Of a stretch of 64,000 nucleotides of DNA, positions 51,413-62,300 are shown piece by piece (position 1 is the stretch's first letter; every line of letters begins with the position of its first letter). The translations under genes were made by a program, and so were the position numbers. Source of the DNA: Raillietiella orientalis (lineage: Eukaryota); the NCBI GenBank assembly GCA_036172245.1, contig JAYWIR010000032.1, forward strand, positions 310,001 through 374,000. Direction: 5' to 3'. The notes beneath the pieces were generated by a model. It saw only the letters and a program-made list of their open reading frames with translations. It did no database searches and had not been told where the DNA came from.

Positions 51413-54400
51413 CTGCGGGAAGAAGAAAAAGGGGGTAGGGGAAGGGGAAGTCAGGAAGGTCGGTCGCGTCGAGGTCGCCCTACCGTCCTCCGGCGTCCGC
51501 ACGCGCCTCGAATTGGATGGGCGTCCTTCGATGATGCGGCGGAAGGGCACCAGGAAGACCTCGTACTCGGTGTGGGCCTTCAGGTCGCCCGCCACGGACG
51601 TCCCCGGGCTGAGCTGGGCGTCGGCGGCGCGCGTCCTCAGCAGGCCCGCGGCGGGGTCGCCAAGGTCCCGCAGGCAGATGAGGACGCCGTCCAGGGTCGG
51701 TCGGTTGGAAAGGGGGAGCTGCTGCGGAAGAGGAAGAGGTTGGTCAGGAGAGCACGCGCGGTGAAGGCGACCTGCCCACCTTCCAAGTGACCCACACGGC
51801 CGTCGCGTTGACGGCCTTGGCGTCGACCAGGGCGATGACCTTGTCATCCAGGCTTCTGCGCGCCTCGTCCAGCTCTAGGCGATGCGCCGCAGGCAGGTCG
51901 GGAGTGACCACCAGATCGGAGGGCGGGCTCGCGGGGGCGGAGCCGTTCCTTGCGCGCACCACGAAGAAGTATCGGGAGTCGGGAAGGAGTCCCTCGACAA
52001 GGGCGGCACGCTCAGAAGCGCCGGCGGCGAGGGTCCAGCCGTCGCTGGGGTCGTCCGCGTCGAAGAACTCCACGGCGTAGGGGGGTTCGCCGCCGTCCCA
52101 GATCAGGCGTACGGACGAGCTGGTCATGTTGACGACCTCGGGCTTGGACGCCACTTGAGAGCCACCGTCGCTCGAGGGGGCGGGAGGGGGAGTCAGCGGC
52201 TGCTCGAGGACCGACAGGGAGGTCGACAGGGATGCATCCCCTCCCGCGGACGAGACCGCGCACGTGTACGAGCCGGAGTCCTCCGGGCGGAGATCTAAGG
52301 AGGGGGAAGAATAGAAGTGATCTCGGGGCGAGCGCCCCTGGCGGTAGACCAGGAAGGTGACCAACTAACCGTCTATCTGCAGGTTGCCGCTGCTGAGGAC
52401 AGTGAAGCGGTCCTGGTCGGCAGGCAGGTCGGAACCTCCGCGCCTCGACCAGCGCAGGCGGAAGTCGCCGCCGTCAGCGATCACGTGACAGGACAGCACG
52501 GCGGTCTGCCCCGCGGCGTAGGTGCGATCGCGAGGCTCCAGGGAGGCTACCACCGGAGGAGGGGAGAGGGCGATGTCCCCGCGACGATCAGCGAAGGCGT
52601 CCAGGAAGACCCGCGCCTGCACGGCGCCCACGGGACTGACTGCGTTGCACACGTAATAGCCGCCGTCTCCCTTGGAGATGCCGCGGACGGTCAGTGAGCC
52701 GGCCGCGTCCACGGCGACGCGTCCGGCGGTATGTCCAGCCAGCAGCGCGAAAGGCGCTCCCTCTTTAGACCAGAAGAGCAAGGGCGCAGGGTGGCCGTCG
52801 ACGATGCAGAGGAAGGACGCGTTACCGTGGACGCGGACGCGCTGGGCCGTCGGCCGGACGACGAAGGAAGGGCGACGCAGCACGACGAGCGTGGCCAAGG
52901 CCGACACGTGACCCACGTGGTTGTGCGCCTCGCACACGTACGCGCCTTCGTCTTCGGAAGACACTCGCAGGAAGTGGAGGCCGCTGTCGGCGATCACGCG
53001 GACGCGCTTCCGGGAGAGCCGAGGGCCGTCCTGCCTACGCCAGGTCACGTCCGGGAAGGGGTCGCCTCCTAGACGACAATGCAGATCCGCCGCTTCGCCT
53101 TCCACCGCCACCACGTCCTGCGGCGATCGGATGAAGAACGGCTTCACTGGAAGAGCAGGTCGGGAGCCGCGTGCCCCGAGGGCAGTCCATGACCTTACCG
53201 TGTACGCTGAGGACCGCTGCCGAAGTCTCCCTGCTGCCCGCCGAGTTCTCCGCCAGGCACTTGTAAAGGCCCTCGTCGGCCTTGGTCACTCCGGGGATCA
53301 GCAGGCTGTGTCCGTTCACCAGGCGCAACCTGGGGACCCCGGCCCCACGTGTCAGGAGGTCGGGAAGAAGGACGGAAGCCCCTTCTGACCTGGGGTCGGC
53401 CTCCAGGTCCAGAGTCTGGTTGTTCCGCATCCACCGCACCTTCGGCTCGGGGAACCCGCGCGGAGGAGCGCACGACAAGATGGCGTCCTCGCCCTGGAGG
53501 ACGCGCGTGTTCTCTGGGACGCTCCGGAAGTCGTCGCGTAGCGCTGGAAGAGGGAAAACGTGTGTGAAAAGGAAGGCACCGAGAGAGGGGGGGATGGGAG
53601 GCGGACTCGCGCCGTCGCCCCAACAACGGGCAACGGGCCCACACCCGGAAGGAAGGCCCTCGGACCCTCCTCCCGCTTACCCCGAATACCGGCGCGAAAA
53701 TTCGGGACGTCGAGTGAAAGAAACGCCCCGAGGGAGACGTCCGTGAAGCGCGCACGCAGTGCCTCCGGAAGCGCCCTCCCTGGGGAGCGCGCTCGCGCGC
53801 GCGCGGGAGCCCTCACGGCAGGGGGAAATTCCCGGGGAAGGACGCAGCAAAGAACGCCCCAGGACGAGGCAGTGGCGGCCGGGCCTTTCCGGTGGCCCCG
53901 AGCGGAAAAAGAGGGGAGGAAGAGAAACCGGGGAAGAGCAAGTGAGAGGGAGGAAATGGAATGGGGGAGGAGGGGGAAGGGAGAAGAAAAAGGAAGGAGG
54001 AGACTGAGGAGGTGGAGGAGGAAGCGCCGGCGCGCCCTGCAGAGTGGGCAAAAGCAGCACTTCAGAACCCGAGCGTGCGAGCGACCGCGCGCGCGGAGCG
54101 CCGATCGATCGTCCCCGCGCGTGCACGAGCGGCGAGACGCACCGGCGGCGCGTCCGCTCGAACATCTGTCGCTTTGGCAACCGAGCGCGCAGCTGCCGCC
54201 GCTGCCCCGAGCCTTCGCTCCCATTCCGTCCCTCCGGTCGCGCCCGAAGGCCCGCCAGGCCGATGGGCACGCCTCCCAGGAGGGACCTCCCGGGGCATCG
54301 CGCTCGCCGGCGGGCGCGGTGCCCCGGGTCCTTAGCGCTGTCCCCCTCTGACGGTGTGGAAAGAAGAGGAGTCGCGGTGGCAGGGACTCACTCGTCACCG

Positions 54401-54876
54401 TCAGCGTGGCGTTGTGGCTCCTGGCGGCTCCCGCGGAGTTCCTGGCCACGCACCAGTACGTCCCGGAGTCCTGTTCCTTCTTCGTGTGCTGCACCCGAAG
54501 GAAGAAGAGGGAGCCCGTGACGAGAACCATGCGGGTGCCCGACTGCGTGGACGGGAGCAGCTCCCCGTCCTTGAACCACTGCACCTCGGGCGTGGGGACC
54601 CCTTCGGCCTTGCAGTTCAAGGCCACAGGCTCGTCCTTGGCGACGGTGATGTCGATGGGGTGCTCCAGGATGCGCGGGCTCCGGAACTGCGCTACAAGAG
54701 CGGGAAATCAGGAAAAGTGGGCCGAACTTCCGGGAGCGGAAGAGGGGGCGGGTCCGGGGATCCAGGAAAGGGAACGGAGGGCTTCCTAGCAGCTCACCTG
54801 ACGCCTGTCGCACCGCCATCGCCAGCATCAGGACCACGGAGATGCTCAGCAGGGCTGCGGCGATGCTATTCCCCAT
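50202..54876 (-). CDS. robo: Roundabout (Robo) axon-guidance receptor, full gene span; join complement(54798-54876, 54392-54691, 53390-53543, 53199-53329, 52370-53146, 51780-52294, 51484-51721, 50202-51412), 1134 aa
   Basis: Ig1 reads QFRSPRILEHPIDITVAKDEPVALNCKAEGVPTPEVQWFKDG...GSLFFLRV...GTYWCVARN...RSHNATL and Ig2 reads LRDDFR...CAPPRGFPEP. FN3 contains EYEVFLVPF..IEGRPSNS..VRTPED. A TM helix is followed by CC0-like PEYAKV and CC1 GPYATT. All 7 introns are GT-AG, phases 1,1,2,1,1,0,1 match across junctions, and the total of 3405 nt is divisible by 3. Paralogue not determined. Confidence 0.95.
51484..51721 (-). CDS. robo: Robo exon 7, FN3-2
   Basis: Tandem acceptor CCGCAG|CAG|; LKAHTEYEVFLVPFRRIIEGRPSNSRRVRTPED; donor G|GTAGG. 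Confidence 0.88.
51780..52294 (-). CDS. robo: Robo exon 6, end of Ig5, FN3-1, start of FN3-2
   Basis: Acceptor CTCCTTAG|; DLRPEDSGSYTC...SKPEVVNMTSSSVRLIW...GLLPDSRYFFVVRARN; donor AAG|GTGGGC. Confidence 0.9.
52370..53146 (-). CDS. robo: Robo exon 5, Ig3, Ig4 and start of Ig5
   Basis: Acceptor CTCTTCCAG|; KPFFIRSPQD...DEGAYVCEAHNHVG...GHPAPLLFWSKEG...DGGYYVCNAVSPVG; donor G|GTTAGT. Confidence 0.93.
53199..53329 (-). CDS. robo: Robo exon 4, second half of Ig2
   Basis: Acceptor CCCCAG|; LRLVNGHSLLIPGVTKADEGLYKCLAENSAGSRETSAAVLSVH; donor G|GTAAG. Confidence 0.88.
53390..53543 (-). CDS. robo: Robo exon 3, first half of Ig2
   Basis: Acceptor CTCTTCCAG|; LRDDFRSVPENTRVLQGEDAILSCAPPRGFPEPKVRW; donor CAG|GTCAG. 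Confidence 0.88.
54392..54691 (-). CDS. robo: Robo exon 2, Ig1
   Basis: Acceptor CTCTTGTAG|; 300 nt encoding the Robo Ig1 domain; donor |GTGAGT. Confidence 0.93.
54798..54876 (-). CDS. robo: Robo exon 1, signal peptide
   Basis: ATG at 54876; hydrophobic MGNSIAAALLSISVVLMLAMAVRQAS; donor CAG|GTGAGC; phase 1. Confidence 0.85.
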
Positions 54877-55849
54877 CTGGAGGCCCTCCGGCGGAGGTGC
54901 GGGACGTCACAAGGCCAAGGGAGGGATCACCGCCGCCAGCGCTACCACAGCAACGAGGGGAGGGGAGGGGAAACGGTCCTCTGGATAACCCTGGGCTTTC
55001 AAGCTTCAAGGAGGGCGCCGCATGCGGGTCGCCACCACGAAGCGCGGGAGCGTCGCCTTGCCGACGACCGCGCGTGGAGCAGCAGCAGCAGCAGCACTAC
55101 GCATCCCGATCCGCGTCCCGCACGTACAGCACGGACGGACGCGACGCGCGGACGCCTCACGAATGCGGCCGCTGTCGCGCCGCTGCGGCGAGCGGACGGC
55201 GCCTGCGCCGTGAGATGCGAGTGGCGCGCCGCGCTGCCGTTGCTGCTGTCGCTCCGAATCCCCACGCGTGGATGGGTGCGCAGGCGGGTGCGCGCGGACG
55301 GAGAGGGAAACGGGATCGGCGGATGGCGGAAAAAAATGGTGGTGGCGGCGACGACCGCCGACGAGGAACTCCCGCCTTCGCCTCCGGCAAGCGTATCGGC
55401 CTTGCAGTTCTCTCGCGACCCCGCAGTCTCCCGCAAGCGTTCCTTGGTCGTACGCTCCCCTCCTCCTTCCGCGAGACCCCGAGGCTCTCCTGCCGGCGGC
55501 GGCCTCCCGCGCTCCCGGCCACGCACCAGAGCGTCCCAGGGTTCCACCCTCCTCCTTCGTGAGCTGCACCCGGAGGAAGAGGAAGGGAGGCGACCCTCCA
55601 GGCAGGACCTCGTGGCAGATCACAGTATCCACTCGACGGCATTGGCTCCACGCTATTCCCTTGCGCCGCTGCGGTTGTTCGAAAGATGCGGTTTTCCCGG
55701 AGACGAGGCGTTAGGCTCGTCTTCTTCTTTTCTTTTTGCCTTGTTTGGCACGAAGTTCGTCCTGTCGGCTGGGCACCAACAGCGGGCGCGTAAGAGGTGG
55801 AGCATGAGTGATGCTCGATGCCCCAAAAGTGGGCGCCCTCCCAGGAAAA

Positions 55850-57373
55850 AATGGCCCGGCGATATGCCTGGGAGCGGAGCCACGGAGATGCCCTTGCGAT
55901 GATGTGTTCGATCCCTGGAGGGGGAAGCACAATAGGAATAGGGGAATGGAGGAGGAGGAAAGGGGGAGAAAGAGGTGGAAAGGAGGAAAAGGAAGGGAAG
56001 AGAAGGATAAGGAAAGGAGGAGGAGGAAGGGAGGAAAAAGAGGAGGAACGAAGGAGGAGGTGGAGGAAGTGAAAGGGAGTTGGAAGAGGAGGAAGGGAGG
56101 AAAAGGCGGAAGGGAAGTGGAGGGATAGGGGGAGGAGGAGGAAGAAGGGAAGAAAGGAAGTCCAGACGGAACGGAATAGGGGAAAAACACTTGAATGGGT
56201 CTTTATTCAAGTGGTCACCACCATGAGGTAAACCTTGTGGCTACAGCCTTTCCGTTCGCCACGGAGGCGCGTCCTCAGGGGTTGCGTGGGTGCAGCACCA
56301 ATGCCCCGGAAGCCCCGGGAGGGAATCCTCTCCTCGACGAGGGGCGGTGGGTGGAGGTGAATCGAGTGCGGGGCAAAAGCGCACGCGGGGGTCGAGGACG
56401 ACCGGAAGGACCCGAACAGCGACGTCACGCCCCCGAGGCGGGCACGGGAGCCTCTCCTGCTTCCCCTGATGAAGAAGGAAGGACGAAAATGGCTCCCTTT
56501 CGTCTCCTACAGAGACGACGACCCAGTCCGTAACGGCGGCCTGTCGCTCTGCCCCCGGGCGGTGTGCGCCGCGCCGCCGACGAAAGTTACCAGCGAGCGG
56601 ATGTCGCACGCGCAGGAACCACCCTTCCCACCATGTGCGAGGCAGGCAGCGTGGGGCTCCCGAGGGAACGCCGAGATGTCGCGCACGGGAGCCCGCTGCC
56701 GTTCGTTCCCTGCCTCTGGGAGCGAGGAGTGGGTTCCAGCCGGTGCCCCGGAATTCCCTGCCGGAGAAGGGAGGAATCTCCTTCCTCCCGAGGGAGTGCG
56801 GGGCGAGTCGGGCTCCATCCAAGAGAGAGGGCGCGGCGGAGGGCTGGAGTTTCCTCCCCCGAGAGCTCAGGTGGGAGGACTTCAAACCTCCTCTCTCCCC
56901 TTTCTGAGCGTGCGCATTTCGCGCGTGGATTGCAGCCGCTCACGTCGCCCCTTGCAGGAGAGGACCCATCCTCCTGCCTTCCGCGCTCCCTCCCTGAGCC
57001 CTCAGGGTGTCCACGAGCTCTCATCCCTCCCTGCTGGCGACGGAGGCGCGACCTCTCGGGAGATCGCAGAGACCTCAACTCCGAAGCGAACCCATGCCTC
57101 GGGGCAAAGCGAAACTCCCTGGACGGCCGACCCATTGTTCTCGCCCATTCCCTTCTTCCCCCAGGGGAAGGAAGGAATTCTTCAGGTGTTCTAACGTTCC
57201 AGGCGGAGCTGCAGGCGGCACGCGAAAGCAAGCGCGACCTGTTCGCGCCTCGGGCGGAGCGGCCGACTCCTCGGCGTCCCTGGTCCCGCTGGGAGCGCCC
57301 AGGCTCCCGAAAGGTGGGACGGAGCTCTGCTGCGCGCACAACCCGGACGGTGACCCGACCTGACTTCTCGGAA
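55850..57373 (-). mobile_element. Decayed, GC-enriched LINE unit, ORF2 C-terminus plus CT-rich 3' UTR (55925-56190)
   Basis: LPRTWWEGWFLRVRHPLAGNFRRR..VGDEREPFSSFLL and RFTSWW correspond to LPLKWQET..HWGL..CGERETFPHL and RTASWW. Confidence 0.65.
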
Positions 57374-59520
57374 GTTTGCCACCCGGATATGCCGGGGCAT
57401 TTATTATTCTAATTTTCTACAAAAATTAGATAATAAAGTCTTTCAAAAGTTAATTGTGGGAAACACTTGGTTTTCCCACCTTGGTTGACGTGTCTGTTGC
57501 CGGTGCATAGACCGGTTAGGTCCATTCCCGAGGCGCATGGGAAGGGAAAACTAGAACAAAAACAAACAAAAAGAGAGATAACGGGGAGGGAAACAGTTGT
57601 ATGGGGAGAGGGGGGGGGCAGGGAAGGGATCACTGAGCGCCTGGGTCGGTCCTCCGCATCCTGTTCAGAATGCAGTCAAGTTCTGTTTTAACTCTGAAAG
57701 GTAGACGCCACCTTGTCGCCGTCTCTAAAGAGATCGTCGTCCAGTGGATGGCGTCCCTGCATCTTGGGCCTCTTCTTCTGGCGTGCCACCTTTGCACAAT
57801 GCCGCGCACGCAGCAGAGGACTGCTAGAGACGCGGCGGGGCGCAGGCCGTCACGCAGAAAGAGGCGACGGTAAATTTCCTTAGGGTCGCCTACTGGAAGA
57901 TGGAGGATTGGGGCGATTCGACTCCAGAGTCCATCCAGGGCGACACACTCGAGGGTGAGATGCGGGAAGGTTTCTCTTTCTCCGCACTCGACACAGCGGG
58001 CATCCACATTTCCCAGTGTCCAGTGAGACAGGCGTGCTCTGCTTAACAGTCCCCAGTGCAGAAATAGCAACGCCGTCTCCTGCCACTTCAACGGAAGTGT
58101 GGCGCAATCCCAACACGCTGGGGGCCACTTCACCTCCTCCGGAGGTATTGCGAGCAGCTCTCCCCAGCGCGCAAGTCCGTGAGGCGGGACGCTCGGAGTG
58201 GCAGCGTTAGTGAGCTCCCGAGTCGTCCACGCCTTTAAAGGTTTTTTCCTGCCTCGGATGAGGCAGGACACTTCCCACGATGCCAGCTCGTTGCTGCTCC
58301 TACTGTTTTTCAGGGAGGACAGAACGGGGGCAAGGGGGCTGAAAGAAGCCCACAGAAACTTCCGGGGCGTGTTGATAATATCCTGCAGCGGCTGTCGAGC
58401 GTACGGTCCTCGTCGTAGGCAGTTGTATTCCGCCTCGCTCGTGCCGTTGATCTTAGCCCACGCGGAAGCTGACTCCTGAAGCCAGGCAGTGCAGTTCGCG
58501 GGGATGCAGGAGATCCAGGTATTCTCCCTCATCAGGGCGACCATCTGGCGCAAATCGGGACCACAGTTGGAGAGGCTGCGCTGGTAGGCCACGAGGATCG
58601 AGGACAATCCTTCGCAGCCGGTCGCTCTTCTGGCGAGGAGCCGTGCCGGATCGCACCATGGCGTCATCCATAAGCTAGCCGCAAGGGCTAACTTTCGAAT
58701 TGTTGTTTGAAGTTGGATGCGCTCCAACGTAAGGAGGCCCAAGCCACCATCCCTGCGTGGAGCGCACAAGTCTTTCAATCGGACTCGCGACCTCGCTGTG
58801 CCCCAAAGGGCAGTCCTCAAGAGGGCTTTGGTCCGTCTCTGTATGATGGGAGGGGCGGGGCAAACAAAAAGTAAGGGGCGAAGGAGGGGGGCCGCGAACG
58901 CGTTCCACACCGCGGCCCGCTCCTGCAAGTAAAACTTGCTGTTCCGGAACGGGCCGATCGCCAACTCCACCTTTTGGAGACGGTCGGACCAGGCTTCTGC
59001 AACGCAGAAGTCCCCCAACGGAACGCCAAGGTACTTCTCGGAAGTGGCCCGGGTCCAAAAGCTTCACTCCTCCCGTGCATCTTGCGAGCCTTCAGTTCTC
59101 TCCCTCGGGCAACTTCCCTGTGAACTCAGCACTCCTGGGGTTCGCGGCGACCGACACCCATGCAAGGATGCAGCATCCATGGCGAGAGCGCCTCCCGCTG
59201 CCCTCAATGGGGAGCCGAGTGGAAGGCACGATGGCTCCCTCCCGGTCCGTGCCGCCCGCTCCTGGCGCATCCTGGATCTCACCACCGCTTTGAGGGACTA
59301 CTCCCGTCAGCGAAATGGCCAGTCAGTCCTCCTTCCCCCGAGACCGACGGAGGATTCTCAGCAGCAGGCGACGTCCTCTGTCGTCACTTTCCCTCCACCT
59401 CGGAGCTCCAGTTGAGCTTGCAACCCATTCCTGGAATCTGCAACAGGAATGGGTCGATGGGAGAGCCTACCGATTCCCACCTTTCTCGCCAAGTCCTATT
59501 GACCCGGCTGTCGAAGACAT
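57374..59520 (-). mobile_element. Best-preserved L1/Tx1-like unit; open frame 59063-57630 encodes the RT C-terminal/thumb region through the CCHC zinc motif; RT core missing
   Basis: SEKYLGVPLG...LWGTARSRVRLKDLCAPRRDGGLGLL...CVECGERETFPHLTLEC; 3' UTR with AATAAA and terminal motif at 57374-57407. Confidence 0.92.
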
Positions 59521-59524
59521 CACA

Positions 59525-62300
59525 TCGGGTGCCTTTCACACGCGAGATGGGTGCAGACGCTGGTGGGTGCTGTCCCGTGGGCCGCGCCTAGTGAGCGAGC
59601 CGGATGAACCTGAATCTCATCCGATGATCGGGAATCGTGACTGGAAGAGGGAAGCGAGACGCAGTGCTAGACGTGCAACGGAGAAGAGGGAAAGAGAAGG
59701 ACGTGGAGAGGAGGAAGAGATGGAAAGGGGGAAGAGGAGAGAGGGAGGAGGAAGTGGAGGAAGAAAGGAAGAAGAAGAAGTGGAAGGGGATAGAAAGGGA
59801 GAAAAGGAAAATGAAGAGAAGGATAAGGAAGGAGGAGAAGCGCAACCTGCCCAGTGTGCTGCCGCAGTTTCCCTTTGTCGAATGGAGCCGTCATCGCTCC
59901 TCCAAAGACACGTTAGCACATTGTGCCATCTTCTTGCGCGAGAAAAAACACTTTCGAGTTCAGCTCCAGCTCTAGCAGAGAGGATTTCCTGCGGGTAAAA
60001 CTTCTTTGCACCACTACGCGTGCCAGGGGTGCTCACCTTTGGCCCTGCTAACGGAGCTGCGCAGATTCTGCCTTGTGCACTGCAGCGGCTGCGAGGCTTT
60101 GCGCTGGGAAGAAGATCTTTGAAATTCAGGTAACCCGAGAATCCGTTGCAGGCAGACCAAACCTGCTCTGAGCTGCTAGCAATGGCTCCTAAGGTGCTGC
60201 CATCTACATCCTCCTTCAGCATCGTTTACCTAGGCACTGCTGTCTTGTTCCAAAACATTCGAAAATGGCACCTAACCAAGAGCCATCCCTTCCAATTTTT
60301 ATTTTTTTTAATGCTGCCAGCTCTCACGTGCTGATGAAGATCACCACGTAGCGGCCCCAGGCGTGCATCGATCATCGAGGTCATACTGGCTGAGCACAAA
60401 ACGGAGCCGCACTTACGCATTCCGATACCTGGAGGCCTGTAGGTGCTGGAAGACGGAGTTCCAGGAGGCGCATGAACGGTAAGAGGGGGAATTTCGGAAT
60501 CGGAGACTTTCCCTCTTGCTCTCCTCGACCCAAGATCCGACCAAAGAGTGACCTTGTTCGATTCCGAGAGCGGCGACCTGTCGAGAGCGAGACGTGGGCA
60601 GCCTCGGAAGGTTGACGATGTTGTCTGCGTACACAACGCTGGACATCTTCCTCCGACGGACCTGCTTAGCAGGACGCGCTCAGGACCACCGGAGAACAAG
60701 GGTGCAGGGCAATCTCGGGACAATGCCGGTGAGGACATCAGGGCTGTGGGTTCGAATCCTCACCGGTTCTCACCTCAACAGGGAAGACCTGCACTTGAAT
60801 GTCCGTCACGAGCGAGACCTTGTCCACTCTGAGCAGGTCGAAGAAGTCGAAGGAAGCTGTGGGAAAATCATTCTTCCTCTCGCATTGCTTCCGCGTGATC
60901 CTGAATTTTTCCTACATGTGCATGCAGAGACCCCGTGTATCATCTTTCACAGATTTCCGTTTCCATGGAAACCCCGAGTAAAGGGTTTCGTTCGGGGACG
61001 GGAGATCACTTCACTTCGCTAGGCCGTTCCCGCTCACTGAGCGAGATAAACTCTTGATCCACAGTCAAAGACTTCCATTTCCATGGCGACGGCACGCCCC
61101 CCCTCTCCCCCATCTTCTCACAGAAGGAGTCAGGCTACCAGAAGAAGCAAAGTTTACATTGCTGGGTGATTTCTTCCAGGAGTGGGACGAAGACAAGACG
61201 GTAGATCATGCCTCTGGGCCGCCTCTTCCAGGAAATGATTTTCGGAAAGTCTCATGAGACCTTGTCCAGGGAATCGGCAACTGTAGCCTAGTTCGTGTTG
61301 CGTAGTCTAGGCCGCACCCCCAAGGCTGAGGGTGTTCTCTTGCGAAGGTACAAGTTGAAGCGGACGTTGGGGTCTCGTGGCAACAGGAAAAGATTTCGCG
61401 AGAGGCGGTGGGGATCCGGCTGGATAAGGCATTCCGATCTGCAGCTCGGTCCTTACAGACCTCTCCTTCCGCAAGCGATGGTGCGTCGTGAAACGATGGC
61501 CACTGGTGCACTCTCTTGAGAGCTCTCTGGGGAGCGCACCAGCGGCCGCCTGCCCTGCGACCTTGTTTCCTTGAGGCCTATCATGTGAAGGGATCGAAGG
61601 GATTGCATTCTCCGCAGACAGGGGCTAGGAGAGAGAGAGGGAAAAAGGGTAGGGACGTTGGAAGGCACTCTGGTTCTGTCGGCAGGTCTGGAACTGGGAA
61701 ATGCCCTTTTTCTTTTTGCTGCTGGCGAAGGGCTCTTGAGGCGAGCAGCCACTGTTGCTAACGCAGCGCATGCGACGTCGGCTGCTCAGACGGGGAAGAC
61801 AGGAACGCGAGCCAGAACCCCGTCCACTCGTCGTTCCGGGAAAAGCTGCTCTTCCGGGAGACCAACATTACCACTCTTGGAGAGCTGGTCCGATCCTCCA
61901 GAAAGACCTGCTCTTCCCTTCCAAAGTCCAGTGGTTTCAGGCTCTGTGTCGAAGGTGATTGCTTCCCAAAATTCTTCCCCTCCCCCCACCCCATCTCCTA
62001 CTCTATCTGTTCCTATTAATGACTTCGTAGTGGATCCGAGAGTCCCAAGACGTTCTCAAGATGACAGCTGCCCTTTGGGTCGCTTTCTGAAGTCTTTTCA
62101 GCAGTCTTTCTCGGTTTCTCCAGCAGAGGTAGGAAAGGCGTGCAGGTCATAGAATGCAGACTCTCCAAAGAAGAGTGTTACCACCTGGTTGCTCGGGGGC
62201 ATTTTTTCCCCCTCTCTTCCAAAAGAAGGAAAAATAGACGGACAGGAGTCGGTGGGACTTTGCGTTTCACCAAGTCCGACCATCCGTAGGGGTGCTTCGA
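59525..62300 (-). mobile_element. Decayed LINE unit, ORF2 from APE to C-terminus plus CT-rich UTR (59690-59840)
   Basis: In order: ITFDTEPETTGLWKG, SKSGNVGL, VCGECNPFD (GDFN), SSRIP, ASFDFFDLLRV (DxxKAFDRV), VVYADNIV (YADD, ~60625), RETAAAHW. Confidence 0.8.

Noticed and set aside
55895..55930. tRNA or tRNA-derived SINE (GTTCGATCC B-box)
   Set aside because: No A-box or cloverleaf; the site lies at the end of a LINE 3' UTR on the opposite strand.
55925..56190. Purine-rich tract (also 59690-59840) as acidic/basic coding sequence or an independent satellite
   Set aside because: Its position right after ORF2 ends on the minus strand identifies it as the pyrimidine-rich LINE 3' UTR.
47569..57412. 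Numerous long ORFs on both strands (for example 50130-51233 +, 54354-55562 +, 49408-50256 +, and 53352-54626 - beyond Ig1)
   Set aside because: They are Arg/Gly/Pro/Ala-rich shadows expected from very high GC, antisense to robo or reading through its introns, with no domain signal.
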